Counted from the stretch's first letter, positions 25,701 through 39,539 are shown. The stretch is DNA of 64,000 bases from Lama guanicoe (GCA_013239625.1 MU056050.1:1536084-1600083), one strand, 5' to 3'. The notes: generated from the sequence alone by a model not told the origin. Made by a program: numbers and translations.

Positions 25701-27520
25701 AGTAAAGAGGAAAGATCTAAAGTCAATTATCTAAGCTTCTACCTTAGAAATCTAGAAAAAGGAGAGCAAATTAATCCAAACAAATCATATGGGAAAAAAT
25801 GAGAACAGAAATCAATGAAATTGAAAATGGAAAATCAATAGAGGAAAACCAATGAAATAAAAAAATGAGTTTTTTTTAAAAGATCGATAAAATCAGTAAG
25901 CATCTAGCCAAGCTAAAAAAACAAAAAGAGAGGATAGAAATAACTAATATCAGAAATCAAAAAAGGGATATCAATACAGAGCCCATGGACTTTTAAAGTA
26001 TAATAAGGGACTATTATCAACAAGTCTATGATCACAAATTCAGTTACCTAGATGAAATGGACCAATGTCCTGAAAGACACAATCTTCTAAAACTCACACA
26101 GGAAGAATTAGAAAATCTGAACAGGCCTCTATCTATTAAATGAAATGAATCAATAATTAATAACTTTCCAAGGCAGAAAAAACCAGGCACAGATGGGTTC
26201 ACTGGTGAATTCTACAAAACATTCAGGAAAGAAATTATACCAGTTCTATAAAATCTTTTCCAGATGATGAAAGTAGAGGGAATACTTCCTAACTCATTCT
26301 ATGAGACCAGCATTAGCCCAATATCAAAACCAGAAAAAGATACTATAAAAAGAAAATACAGACCAGTATCTCTCAAGGACATGGATGGAAAAATCATCAG
26401 AAAATATTAACACATCAAATTCAACAATGTATACAAAATTATACATCAATACCAAGTGGGATTTATCTGGGGTATGTAAAGTTGGTTCAACATTTGGAAA
26501 TCAACTAATGTTAAGTCCATAACATTAAAAGTCTAAAAAAAGAAAAATTACATGATTGTATCAATAGATGCAGAAAAAAAATTTGACAGAATTCAGTATC
26601 AACTTGTGATAAAATCTCTTGGTAAACTATGAATAGAAGGGAACTTCCTCAAATTGATAAAAAGAAATCTACAAAAATCCTACAGCTAACATCATACTTA
26701 ATACTGTGAGACTTAACTCTTTCTCATTAAGATCAGAAACAAGGTAAGAATATCACTTCTCATTACTTGTTTTCAACTTCATACTAGAAACTTAGCTAAT
26801 ATAATAAGATAAGGAAATAAAAAGTACACCAATTTTGGTGGGGAGAAATAAAACTGTCTTTGTTTACAGAAGATATGACTGTCTATGTAGAAAACCAACA
26901 AAAAACTCCTGTAACTAATAAGTGATATAGCAAAGTTGCAAGATACAAAATTAATCTACAAAAGTCAACTGCTCCCCTAAATATCAGCAATGATGAGATA
27001 CGAAATTAAAACAATACCACTTACATTAATATACTCCCAAAATGAAATATTTAAGTATAAAACTAATAAAAATGTACAAGATGTATATGAAGAGAACTAT
27101 AAAACTCTGATGAAATTAATTGAAGAAGAACTGAAAATAAACAGAGATATTCCATGTTCATTGATAGGAAGATAGTCAACAGTGTCAAGATGTCAGATTT
27201 CCCAACTTCATCTATTGATTCAATACAATCCCAATGAAAATACTAGCAAGTTATTTTGTGGATATTGACAAACTGATTCTAAAGTTGATATAGAGAGGCA
27301 AAAGACTCAGTATAGTCACTACAATATTGAAGGAGAACAAAGTTGGAAGAATGATGCTACTTGACTTCAAGACTTACCTTAAACTATAGGAATCAAGAGT
27401 GTGGTGTTGGTCAAGAACAGACAACCAGATTAATGGAACAGAATAGAGAGGTCAGAAATAGACTGATGTAGTGTAGTCAACTGATCTTTGACAAAGGAAC
27501 AAAGACATTGCACTGGGAAA
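22790..27520 (+). mobile_element. L1MC-like element: 5' UTR, ORF1 and most of ORF2, 3' end missing
   Basis: Collinear degenerate ORF1 (23.6-24.6 kb), EN (about 24.86-25.5 kb) and RT (ccaggcacagatgggttcactggtgaattctac near 26183). Closely similar to the 438-3805 copy. Confidence 0.9.
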
Positions 27521-27534
27521 TGGTCTAAGGCATT

Positions 27535-28145
27535 AATTTTCATCTAGACCACTGTAATAAGCTTTCAAATTAATTATTCTGTTTCTTATTTTGTCCCCTA
27601 TAATCAAACCATTCTCCAAAAAGCAGTTTTAAAAGTGAGCTGTTAAAATGTAATCAGTTTATGTTATATTCTTTTCAAGATCTTTCAATAGCTTCACAAC
27701 ACATTTACAATAAAATTCAAATTCTTTACAGATCCTGCAAGGCCCTAAGTAAATATTCTTTTCTTTCTAGTCGATTGCATAGAACCAGGCATGTTTCTAT
27801 TGCTTGAAAATACTAAATCTTTTTCTGTTTTGGGGTTTTACTTCAACCTAGAAAACTCTTCCCTCAGATCTCAATTTAAATGTCATCATCTAACTATCTA
27901 AAGTAGTCCCCACTTTCTCTTCATCAACTCATCGTGTTTTTCTTCATTATAGTACTTATTAGTACTTGATTTTCTTTTCTTCTTTCTTTTTTTTTATTGC
28001 CTGTCTCCCTCCAATAAAATGTAAACTTTTTGAGAGAAATGATTTTGTGTGTCTCATTACTACTATATTCCCAGGGTCTCAAACAGTGACTGGCATGTTG
28101 TAACTGCTGAACAAATAACTGTGACTGAATTTATGAATGGATGAT
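27535..28145 (+). mobile_element. L2 3' region
   Basis: Ends cccagggtctcaaacagtgactggcatg...gaatttatgaatggatga. Confidence 0.75.
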
Positions 28146-28149
28146 ATTT

Positions 28150-28550
28150 TGCTATTTTGAATTTTTTTTAATTATTAGTATTGTGCTACCATTAATATTT
28201 TATATATAAATATTTTCCTGTTTTTAAAAGGTAGGCAAGATTCCTAGAAAAATAATACATCAAAAGGTACATGTATATTGAGGGCTCAAAATGTGCTAAA
28301 TACTTATTTTCAGAAAGATTGTAATAATTTTTACTTTTATAAGCAGTATATGAGAATGCTCATTTTCACTAATATTATTATGGTTTATTAATCCATAATT
28401 TCATAGGCAAAATGTTGTACCATTGCTGTTTTAATTTTCAATTATTTAATTACTGAAAAGATTGAACAAATTGTAATACATTCATGCTTTATATACTTTC
28501 GATATAGTTTGGTGAATCAGCTGTTTATATGCTTTTCCCATTTAATTTTA
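28150..28550 (-). mobile_element. Ancient L1 fragment
   Basis: cagtatatgagaatgctcatttt and cattgctgttttaatttt are reverse ORF2-end motifs. Confidence 0.55.
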
Positions 28551-28599
28551 TTAGGATATATTTTATAGTAGTTATATCCAGAATCTATAGCATCACACA

Positions 28600-28825
28600 T
28601 CTATATCCAGACTGCATGAGTTTCAAATTTCATCATTACAATTTAGCTGTGAGCCATTGGATTAGCTATTAGACCTCTCTGTGCCTTAGTTTATCCATAT
28701 GTAAAATGATAATTATAGTAGCTACCTCATAGGGTTGTCATGAGAATTAAATGTGACATTACAGGTTAAAAAACTAAAAGAAAGAAAAAATTAGTGCATT
28801 ACCTGGCTTGTATGAAGTACAAAAA
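28600..28825 (+). mobile_element. MIR
   Basis: cctctctgtgccttagttt...tgtaaaatgataattatagtagctacctcatagggttgtcatgagaattaaatg. Confidence 0.88.
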
Positions 28826-28834
28826 CATTGGCCT

Positions 28835-30000
28835 TCAACCTCAATTTTATACTGTACACAAAAAGCAACTAAAAATATATTAAAGACTTAAGCATAAAAT
28901 CTAAAACCATAAAAATCCAGAAGAAAACTTAGGAGAAACACTCTTTGGCATTGCTCTTGGCAATGACTTTTTGGATTTTACACTGAAGACAATGACAACA
29001 AAAGCAAATAAACAAAAGGGACTACATCAAACTTAAAAGTTTTGGCACAACAAACTTAACTAGCAACAAAATGAAAAGGCAACTTATGGAATGAGAGAAA
29101 GTATTTGCAAATCATGTATCTGATAAGCGGTTAATGTTTAAAAACTGTAAGAAACACTTACAGCTCAATAGTAAAAACACAAATAAACCAATTTAAAAAT
29201 GGGCAAAGGACCTGGAGAGATATTTTTCCAAAGAAGACATACAAATGGCCAACAGATATATGAAAAGAGGTACTCAAAATCATTAGGGATATGCAAGTCA
29301 AAGCCACAATGAGATATCACCTCATACCTGTTAGAATGTCTATTATCAAAAAGACAAGAGATAACAAATGTTGGTGAGGATGTGAAGAAAAGGGAACTCT
29401 TGGGAATGTTGGTGTAAATGTACATTGGTACAGCAATTATGAAAAACAGTAGGGAGGTTTCTCAAAAAATTAAAAATAGAACTACCATATGATCCAGCAA
29501 TCCCACTTCTGGGTACACAGCCAAAGGAAATTGAATTACTATTCTCACAGAGATGTCTGTACTCCTATGTTCACTGCAGCATTATTCAGAATAGCCAAGA
29601 TAAAGAAACAAATTAAATGTCTGTTCACAGATGAATGAATAAAGAAAATGTGGTGTATATATAATATACACATACATACATAAATATACATAATTAAATA
29701 CTCTTCAAACTTAGAAAAGGAAACTCTGGCATTTGTGACCTAGAGGACATTATGCTGAATGTAATAAGCTAGTGAGAGAAAGATAAATACTGTATGGTAT
29801 CATGTACATGTGGAATCTTTATAAAAAAAATGTTGAACTTGTAGAAACAGAGTAGACTGGTTCTTGGGAGAGACGGGGGCAGGAATGGGGTGAGGTTGGT
29901 CAAAGGTACAAACTTTCAGTTGTAAGATGAATGAATTCTTAGGATCTAATGTACTGCATGGTGACGATAGTTAATAATACTGTAACACCTGAAATTCACT
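28835..30000 (+). mobile_element. L1MA-like 3' fragment
   Basis: ORF2 C-terminus (gatccagcaatcccacttctgggta) and 3' UTR (caaaggtacaaactttcagttgtaagatgaat). Confidence 0.9.
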
Positions 30001-30679
30001 AATAAAGCAGAGATTCAGTAAAGCTGGGGAAAATACTGGCTTTTTAAAACTATAAAGGTATCATGAAAATGAAAAGAATTTTTGATCATAATTATTGCAT
30101 GTATTTTCCCAGTCTCTAAATTCATCTGACCTATGTAACTTCTAATATGTTGACATAAAAATTATGTAGGCTACTGGTACAATAAGGTAGACTGAGCACT
30201 CTTTTTCTTGCTGAAGACTCATTGAAATCAGAGTGAAAAAAAAACATGGATAATGAAAACATCTAAGCTCTCTTGATATTTTTAGATGTACGGATATCAT
30301 TGGACAGAAGGCATTAATGAATTTCAAAAACTGTAAAATATAATTATATCATTTAAACCATTTCTTTGGACAAATCAGAATGAATGTCCAACCCAGAAAC
30401 TGAGAAAGGAAAAGACAAGAGTAGAGGCAGGATTGTTTATTTCTTGGAGGCAAAACCAAAGAGACAGTCCAAAATTAAATTCAGTATTATGAAGATTAAG
30501 AAAGAGTAGCTAGGGGCCATAAATAATGGTAAATAAGTGAAATTTTATCTACAGAAAATCAGTGTGAATTAATTTATGCCACAATTTCCTTTGTGTGTCT
30601 TGTATAAACTCTCAGAACATAACTGGAAATGTAATCTATAAATAATTTCCATCTGTGGAAAGCTAGAGCTCCTAGTGTT

Positions 30680-32670
30680 GATGCTGACAACCCAGAGAAA
30701 ACAACCTTCCTTGTCTGACCAATAGTGTCTGAGGTATGTGTGCTCTGCCTGCTAGATTTATATATACACACAGTAAAATGAATCCTGTCAGTTGACATGA
30801 CCTGCTGATACTCAAAGAGATCAGCAACAGCTTTTCCATTGGAGAAACCTGTTGGGCAAAAGTAGGCTTTGCAAATGCACTGGAAATCCATTCTGGTCAC
30901 TTACATAAGAAAACCTGTTCCTTTATTCCTAAATACAAATTGACAATAAAGGAATAGTACATGTTTGAAAAAAAAATCTAACAGAACAAAAGAAAACCAA
31001 AGCAAACAAATGAGATTATTGACCCTAGGGAATGTGAAAATATGTGAAGTTGTCAAAAAATACAACATACACAGCTATGATAAATACTGTAAAAGTTTCA
31101 AGAAGATACTATACACATAATTTAAGAAATATGGTATGTAAGAAAGAATCAAGGAATAACTCAGAATATTTTGAAATTAAATATATGGTAACAAATATTA
31201 AGAAATGAAAGATGGAGTCAAGGGAACCTCCCAGAATAAAAATGAAAGTATTCAAAGAGATAGAGAATATGAGACTAAATATAATATCTACTTAGAATCA
31301 AGTCAGGAGATACAATATCTAATAAGGGTGTCACAGAAGGTTAATAAAATAGAAAGGAAGAAATTCTAAAGAAATATTTTAAAAAATGACTAGAACTGAA
31401 GAAAGACAGGTATCTTCGAATTGAAAAGGTCCACTGAGTGCCAGAAGGATGCATGAAAAATTAAAACATACCTAAACACAATGCTGTTTGTGTTTTTTAC
31501 AGTAACTACAATAGACCAAGTACAAGGGAGAGATTTAAAAAATTCTTAGGGAGAAAAAAAATGTTCCACTACAAAGAAATAATAATTAGCATATGATTCC
31601 TCTATGAGTAAAGATGGATTGCAGCAGATACTATAGCATGCTTTCAACATCTCTAGCAAAATTATACTGAACCATAAATTAACCATGAGAAATAAATAAA
31701 GCCACATTCAGACATTCAACTACTTATAAAGTTTACTATTCACTTATTATTTATAAAAGAATTGTGAATGTACTTTGTAATAAAAGTACAATCTAAGGAA
31801 AAAGAGAACTATTGGAAATATTCCAAACAACTGGGAAATGAGATAACAAAAAAATTTCAACTTTCAATTGACTCAAAAGCATGAAATATTTAGGACTAAA
31901 TAAAGTGGAAGACATGCAAGATCTCTGTACTGAAAAGTAGGAAACACCACTGAGGTAAATTATAGGAGACCTAACAAATTAAGAGCTAAATCGTGCTCAT
32001 GGGTTAGAAGAGTTTATATATTTAAGCTGTCATTCTCCACAAATCAATCTATTGATGCAAAATGAGATTCCCAACATGCCAGCAAAATTTATTTTAAAAA
32101 TAAATTGATTCTAAAATATATATGAAAATGCAAAAACAAAAATTGCCAAAACTCTTTTAAAAATGTATAAGGTTGGATTACTTATACTTGAAACTTCAAA
32201 CCTTATAAAAATACAGTAATCAAGATAGAGTGATATTTGCGTAAGGATAGACAACTTTATTAATAAAATGGAACAATACATGGTCCTAGAACAATTGCAT
32301 ATGTGGAACATTGACCAGTTTCCAAACTATGTACAAAATTTAAATAAAGGTCGTTTATAAATCTAAATATAAAAAACTGAAAGTAGAAGGCTTTTAGGAG
32401 ATAACATAGAAAAATACATTTACTGCCTTGGGGTTAGTGTAAAGGACCAACCATAAAAGATATGATAAATTGGATTTCAACAAAAATTTTGCTTATGAAA
32501 ATGAATAGTTACAATAGACTGTTAGAAAATATGTGCCATGTATGTATCTGACAAAGGACTTTATCTAGAAAATATAAGAAGTTCTACAATTCAGTAATAA
32601 AAAGATAGTAAGTAGACAAGTCTTGAACAATTCACAAAAGAAGATGTATGAAAGCACAGTAAGTCTAGAG
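30680..32670 (+). mobile_element. Ancient L1 fragments (ORF1-like, then ORF2 3' part)
   Basis: ttgaaaaggtccactgagtgcc, gacatgcaagatctctgtactgaaaa, tatctgacaaaggactt. Confidence 0.6.
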
Positions 32671-32689
32671 GTAGCTCATTGTCTTTTCA

Positions 32690-33440
32690 ATTAAAATTTT
32701 CCTAATGGCTAATAATGATAAGTGTGTTTTATGTGCTTATTTTACATCCTTGTATCTTCTCTGGTGAATTGCCTGTTCACATATTTTGCTACTTAAAAAA
32801 ATTGGCATGTGTGTCATATAATTAAGAGTTCCTGTCTTCTGAATACAAATTTTTTATCAGAGGTTTTCCTGTGCCTTATATGTTCATTTCCTTAATATCT
32901 TTCAAAGAGTAGAAGTTTTCAGTTTCTATGAAGTCCAATTTATAAATTTTTTGTAATTACTTTCTAAGGCCTATCTCAGAAATCTTCACTTAATCTCAAC
33001 TCACAAAGATTTTTCCTAAGTTTTCTTCAAGAAGCCTTATATCTTTTTGCTCTCACGTGATCCTTTTTGTGTTAATCTGTGTATATCTGTATATGTAGGA
33101 AGTAAGGAACAGGGTTCATGATTATGCAGATGAATATCCAAACATTCCAGCACCATTTGCTGACGCTGATCCTTTACCTCACTGAATTACATTTGTTGGA
33201 AGTCAATTAGCAATATATGTGCAGATCTACTTGGGGACTCTGTTCTTTCCATTAAGCTATATATCTATTCTTACACCAATACTGCACTGTCTTAATTACT
33301 CTAGCTTTAGAGTAACTTTTTGAAAGCAATTAGAGGGAACCCTCCAGCTCTATTATTTTTCAAAATTATTTTTGGTATTTTAAGTTCTTTTTGACTTCTC
33401 TATGCAGTTTTGACTCTAGTTGCCAATTTCTACCAAAATC
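32690..33440 (-). mobile_element. Ancient L1 ORF2 3' fragment
   Basis: ttccagcaccatttgctga and ctattcttacaccaatactgcactgtcttaattac. Confidence 0.75.
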
Positions 33441-33441
33441 C

Positions 33442-34772
33442 TTCCGCAGTGACATCAGCAAGATGGCAGAATAGGAGATCCTTAGCTTTATTCCCCCTCA
33501 CAGAAAGACTAGCTACCAACTATCCACAGACAAGAATGCCTTTGTGAAAAATCCCAGAACCCAGGGGTGAAGCTGAATCATTTCCTTGAAAGAAAGAAAA
33601 GAGAAAAAAGAGAAAAGAGAGAAAAGAGAGAAAAGAGAAAAGAGAGAAAAGAGAAAAGAGGAAGGAGGAAAGGGGAAAGGAAAGGGGAAAGGAAAGGGGA
33701 AAGGAAAGGAAAGGAAAGGAAACAAACAAAAAGAGAGAGAAACAAAGAAAGAGAAGCTGTATTAGAAGGATAAGAGGAGCAGTTTCACTCTGACCACGTC
33801 ATCTCTCCCAGAGGCCAGCACAATGCCACATGGAGAGCATTTCCCTGGGCCTATGATTTCAATAGTGGGGAAAAGAAAGCCTGAGGCAGACATCCAGCTT
33901 CTCCAGCATTCTGGGGAGCTCCCTGGGATGCCACTTCTGTCTCATCTCACAGGGAACTCTAGGATTATGAGCGAGATTACATTGCCCAGGTTCAGCTAGA
34001 AACAAAGGGGCAGGGCGCAAGCAACCAGTGCAGAAATCTTGGCAGATTGGGCTCTTGCTGGTAACAGCACCAGACCAGAGAGCCCAGCTCACTCCCAGTG
34101 CTAAGCCAGCGGTTCCATTTGCCTAAGGAACATGGTGATCAGCAGTTCTTCCTGGCTTGGGTACCCAGCAGTCTGGCCCAGCTACAGAGCCCATAATAGA
34201 GCCCTGCCTGAGCAAGCCAGCACCACTGCCCAACTGTGGAGCACAGCCTCTGGCCCCGCCTGACCAGGGAGCCTAGCCAACAATGGAGCCTGACCGTGCA
34301 GCATAGCCAGTGACCTACATAATCATGTGGAGCCCAGCCTGTGGTCCCACCCAACTGTGAGGCACTGCCTGTGGCACCACGTAGTCATGAAACCTAGACT
34401 GGGGCCTTGTCCAACTGAGGAGCACAGCTTGAGGTCCCCTCCAGAGGTGGAGCCAACCCTACAGCCCAACCTGAATGCAGTCCAGTGAGTGGCACTACCT
34501 GGCCAGGGAGCACAGCCTACAGCCCTGTCCAATCATGGGGTATAACCAGTGGCACCGTTCAGCCAAAGAGCCCAGCCAGTGTCCCCTCCTGACCTCGGAA
34601 CATGAACCTTGGCCTCTGAGAGCACCAGACAGCAAGCCCTTCCTGCCCACAGATGCTACCAGCTGGCCTGCCCATCCAGAATCGCAGGCTATGCTGACTG
34701 ATGAAGGTCTTTCCCTGTTGAAGTTAAGTCTGGAAAAGCCGGAAGAGGCAACTGCTTCCTCAAATGCTCAGG
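33442..34772 (+). mobile_element. Isolated L1 5' UTR
   Basis: Starts gacatcagcaagatggcagaatagg with a YY1-type AAGATGGC at 33460. GC-rich internal repeats. Stops just before ORF1. Confidence 0.75.
33588..33755. repeat. Compound polypurine microsatellite (GAGAAAA / GGAAA / GGGGAAA)
   Basis: 135 consecutive purines at 33588-33722. Confidence 0.95.
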
Positions 34773-34799
34773 CTTCTCTAATAATTCAAGTGTGAGAAA

Positions 34800-35110
34800 A
34801 TAAAGATGTAACTATCAGTGATATCCTGATAGGGAAGTAGCTGAGCACATTTAGGAGAGAAAATTATGAGGTCAGTTTCTACATGTTAAATTGGCTTCCA
34901 GCAGATATTTATAAGGAAATGTTCAGCAGGGAATTGGAGAGGTGAGCTGGTTGCTCAACAGAGATTTTTAATGCTGGAGACAAAATTTGGGATCCAAAAT
35001 GACTTAAAGATTGATACATTCTGGAGAGCTAAAGTTATGTGAAGGAATGTGAATGCCAATTGAGAAATTTTAGAGTGAGGAAAAATAGAAAAAAGGAAAG
35101 GAAACAAATC
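34800..35110 (-). mobile_element. L2 relic
   Basis: atgaggtcagtttctacatgttaaatt...aaatgttcagcagggaattggaga. Confidence 0.55.
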
Positions 35111-37186
35111 TTAGGAAGTAAGATTTACAGACTTAGAGTTCTAAAAGTTGATTAGAAGAAATATTTGACTTGGATATCAATTAAGTCCAAGGAATTCTAT
35201 AAAAACTACTAAAGAGATCTTACTTTCATCACATTAAGAAACATCTATTTTATGACATTTTGTTTTTAGCTCTTAGATTTATGTAATTCTGTAAATTTCC
35301 AATCAATCATCTCACCTGAAATTAACTTCATTATTCCATTCTGATTCTTTCTCAACAAACCTGCTGGTCTTCACAATCCATTATGTTACTTTTCTTCTAC
35401 CCATGCCTTTGTCCAATCCATATCTCATGACTTTCTGCTGTCTACTGTTGACCCTAATTGGTTTCTCTTTTCTCTTTTTACTTGTCTCTAAGCTAGGTCA
35501 GAATTCATTCATTATCTGTTTACATCCTTAATTGAGATTATAGGAAAGCATCATTCTACTTATCCAATCATATCTTCTATTGCTTCCCAATCTGAATATT
35601 TTGTTTCTAGGAAGGCACTTTGCCATTAGTGGCTCAAGAGTATCTTGTGCAAATTGGAGAAGCTTTTCTTTTATTCATTATTGTTCCCTTTTCCTAGAAT
35701 ACACTATTGTATTTTTTTCTTCCTATTTAAATTCACCCTACAATTATGGTTTAAGTCCAACCACACTCATGAATTATTTTCCTTACCACACTAGCCCATC
35801 CTGAGCTTATATTTTCCCAATTTCTTGTTTTAACAACCAGTTTTCACAGTTAATCATATATTGTATCATTTTTCTATTTAATCATTCTATGTGTTCATTG
35901 TCTGCACAAGTTTGTAATTTAATTGGTTTAAGTATAATTTGCTTAACTCATCATGAAGTGATAAACATATTTGTTGTTAAACACATTTTTGAAGGAAAAG
36001 ATAATATATTGGATTTTTAAAGTAGAAATTATTCCCATCACCCTCTAAACATTTTTTCTAATATTTTAGCTTGAAAATGTTTGTTCCTCCTTCATTCAAC
36101 ACTAAAATTCCCTTCTCAGTGAAGTATTTTTACAGCCCTCAAACTCACAATGGTCTTTCATACTTCCTAGTTAATAAGTATAGTAGACGATCAATAATTG
36201 GAATGTATTTTCCAGGGTGCATTCTAGTTGCTTTACATTCATAATATATACTTTGCTATTGAGTTGAGAGAACATGAAATGCCTTTCCTTATTTCAATAA
36301 GAATCTGAAACCCAACCATTTTTAACGACACATCTAAAATAAAACATATAGAAAGTAGAAAATTTTGGATTCAAGTTCAGGACTATGTTGTTCCAAAACC
36401 TAAGAGACTTCAAATGTTTCTCAACTCGTAACATTTTTTAAAAAAAAATCTTTGGAACACTCACAGTACAACAGTCACTATGCTCAGCATCACGGTGACA
36501 GTCTAGTAAGATAATCCTTGCCCTCACTTTGCTCACAGTCTAGTGCAGGAATTAAACAGATGCACAGATATAGTCATTTTAATTAAAGCTTTATATGTGT
36601 GTTTTGGAGATTGAGGGGGCAGAGGTGAAGGGATATGCTGTGAGTGACCCAATGTGCCAACTGAAACACTAGTATTCTGGTATGAAGGGCTTGGTGTTAA
36701 TCCCCTCTGGAAATCGGGCAGCAGAAAAATCGACTTGATAGAAGAAGCACTTTATTGTACTTTGATCCTCCTTTGGGACCTGTAATATGCTTTCTGGTTG
36801 AAACAAAGCTCTTGTGGAAAAATCAAGCTATGTTATTTAATATCACTGTTAAGTTGATGTATTTGATTGAAATCTGTTTTAGTTTCATTTTCTTTTAAAT
36901 TACAGAATGAGATGATTTGTGAGAGAAAGAAGAGAAAGTCGCTTCTCAGTCATCAATAATGTGGCACCCTCAGGCACAGTGAAGACATTTTAGGTTTTGA
37001 AATGGTATTTTTAACCAACAAAGATAAACAACTGTCATCAATAACTATAGAATTTAATTTGCAAATAGCTCAAGTTGTCTCTTTGACAGTTGCTGGTGTC
37101 TGAGCATATAGTCAACCTATGTGTCCTGTTTCTACTTCTCTGTCATACAAAAGGCTGCGAGATGGCATGTCTTAGGTGACTCTCAC

Positions 37187-37256
37187 CATAAATTCTATTC
37201 CTCTCTCTGAAATTGTTTTCAGACCTTTCATGTTTCTGTGATGTCTTTTGGGAAGC
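37187..37256 (-). other. Candidate 70-nt exon of an unidentified transcript
   Basis: TACTAAC branch point at 37275-37281, then cctcctcccatgtcatag acceptor and ATG|gtgaga donor. Two open frames. Confidence 0.4.
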
Positions 37257-37361
37257 CTATGACATGGGAGGAGGGTTAGTATATACTTCCACTCATAGTG
37301 AATATACCTCTTGTATCAGCCCTGTGTTTTATCTATCCTGTAATTTGCTAAACACTCCAAC

Positions 37362-37490
37362 ATTAATTCATTCATTTTTCACTGAATCATTGTTAGCACC
37401 TTCCATGTATCAGAAAACATATTAGGCATGGATAATGCAAAATTAAATGAGACATATTCCATTCTCTCAAGAAAATAACTGTTTAGAAAA
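37362..37490 (-). mobile_element. L2 3' end
   Basis: attcattcatt...ttagcaccttccatgtatcag...ttctctcaagaaaataactgtttag. Confidence 0.6.
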
Positions 37491-38395
37491 GGAATCTTAT
37501 ATTTATAACCTTTAACAATAGTTCATCAGCTCATAAGTACAAAGTAAGGTCAGCAAAACCAATGCAATGTGTTATCTTGATACCTCATCCTTGTTTAATC
37601 TTAGGACATTATTTATCACTCTGAAATTCCTTCTGTTCTGTAGTATCTCAGGAAAATTCAAGGGAGAGTCTATTTGTGCACTCCAGCCCGTCCTAGCCAA
37701 TGCCTGTGCTCTTGCCACCATCCTATTCTAAATTATTAATCCCAGTGCTCTTCTTGGGCTATTTCAGAGCTGATCATTTTCTCTAAACTATGATGACAAT
37801 GCTCTATGGGGCCTACTGCTGAGCCACTGTTCCTTACATTGGGTTAAACGCTCGCTAATGTGTCATTCAAGCTAATGTCCCTATTTTGCATAGGTCTGCT
37901 ATTCTTGCACCAAAAGTATGTAAAAAGTTAACTTCATCCAACTTCCTTCAAGGTTATATTCTCATAGTAGGCATGATAGCATAATTTCTTGAGTTTAAGG
38001 GGTATTGGCACTTAAAATTTTAAACACCCATTTCTTTCCAAGGCCTGCACACACCAGATGTCAGGATCATGGTAGGTTTGGGTAAGAGCCATAATTCTAT
38101 TTCTGGTAGGTTAGTTAAAAAGGCCTCAACTGTGTCTAGAACTACTATGCATCAGAGTCTGTTGTTGACTTATATGAGAATTCTATCACTTGTGGTCAAT
38201 TTTCTCTCTGAAATTTGCCTACTATCACTCTTCTCATCTCAGTTTTTCAATCAACCTAATATGCCCATATATGTCTGAAAAGCCATACATGGTTTATGCA
38301 ATTAAGTGAATGTAAATAAAAGATAAATGTATTATTTAACTCCCTATATATGACATATCCATATCTCAGTTCCAACCAATCCAGGGCATGTTTGA

Positions 38396-38492
38396 TAAAT
38401 ATTAACATATAAGTGTAATAAAGTGTTAAAAGTAGCTTAATAGGTAAATATTAACATATAAGTGTAATAAAGTGTTAAAAGTAGCTTAATAG
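38396..38492. repeat. Perfect 48-bp tandem duplication (period 49)
   Basis: taaatattaacatataagtgtaataaagtgttaaaagtagcttaatag at 38396 and 38445. Confidence 0.97.
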
Positions 38493-38494
38493 AG

Positions 38495-39090
38495 AACAAA
38501 ATGGAAAGGAAATAATGTACATTCTCTGGGATGGGTGAGGTATAATAGAAAGCCAACACAGAGGAAATGATCTTGAAAATGCATGTTAAATGATTTCAGT
38601 AGGACATGAAGAAAGATGAAAGGTAGCATATTCTAAGTAGAGGAAGCAGTATGAGCAAAGGCAGAGGTTACTGAAAGAGTATATTATGTTCAGTCATCTG
38701 TGAGTTGTTCATTATAGATAGAGGAAAAGAGAGAATGACAAGACTTTAGATGTGATGCATTTGAGGTAACTGTGGAGCATCAGGAGGAGAAAAGCAATAG
38801 GCAGTTGGAGCTGAGGAATAAGCCTTGGCTAAATATAGAGACTTATTAGTCATAAACATATGCGGTAACTGAAGCCATCGGAGTGGATACTCAAGAAGAA
38901 CATTTGGATAAAGAAACAAGTGTGGCAAGAATGAAATTCTGCCAAAATCCAACATTTCAGGGGAAAAACATTAGTGACAATTTGCCTGCAGAGGCAGGAT
39001 CCTCCCAAAGTTAACAAGATAGGAGAGGTTTTTGTTATAGGGATACAGTGATAATACAAAATCAAGGACTAAAAATTTAGCCAAACATCA
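38495..39090 (-). mobile_element. L2 relic
   Basis: attctaagtagaggaagcagtatgagcaaaggcagagg and caataggcagttggagctgagg. Confidence 0.6.
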
Positions 39091-39539
39091 TAAGAGATGA
39101 TAACTGGAAATCTATCAAGGGCTAGGATTTCTTTCTCTGCTCTCCAAGGCTGCAGTTTTCTGTCTCTGAAAGTTGGCTTCGTTATTACTTTTTCTGCTTT
39201 CACACACACATGGAACATATACAATACCCCAGTTCTGGATTTGGATCACTTCCCAATTCAAGTATCCAACAAAAACTAAATCACTTTTAAGATTAAGCTT
39301 AAGGCAATGGTTCATTAGCTTGTTTCAGACCAAACCTCTTGCTACAATTGATAGATAAAATACACAGATTAATATATTTCCACATAAAAATATTTGTTTG
39401 AACACAGTGGAGAGATACCAAGGCAGCAGTAACTTGTGTGACTAAGATTCTAGAGAAGAAATCCATAGAGGAGAGTCCAACATCTGCATCTGCTTTTCTA
39501 CTGATTTGCTGATTCCAAAGCGACAACTAATCAATTGAG

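Noticed and set aside
33513..33773. F/P/S-rich and K/R/E-rich ORFs
   Set aside because: Translations of the purine microsatellite.
36906..39290. Plus-strand exon-like segments (from 36906, 37223 and 39139)
   Set aside because: Weak donors or early stops, no consistent phase chain and no homology recognised.
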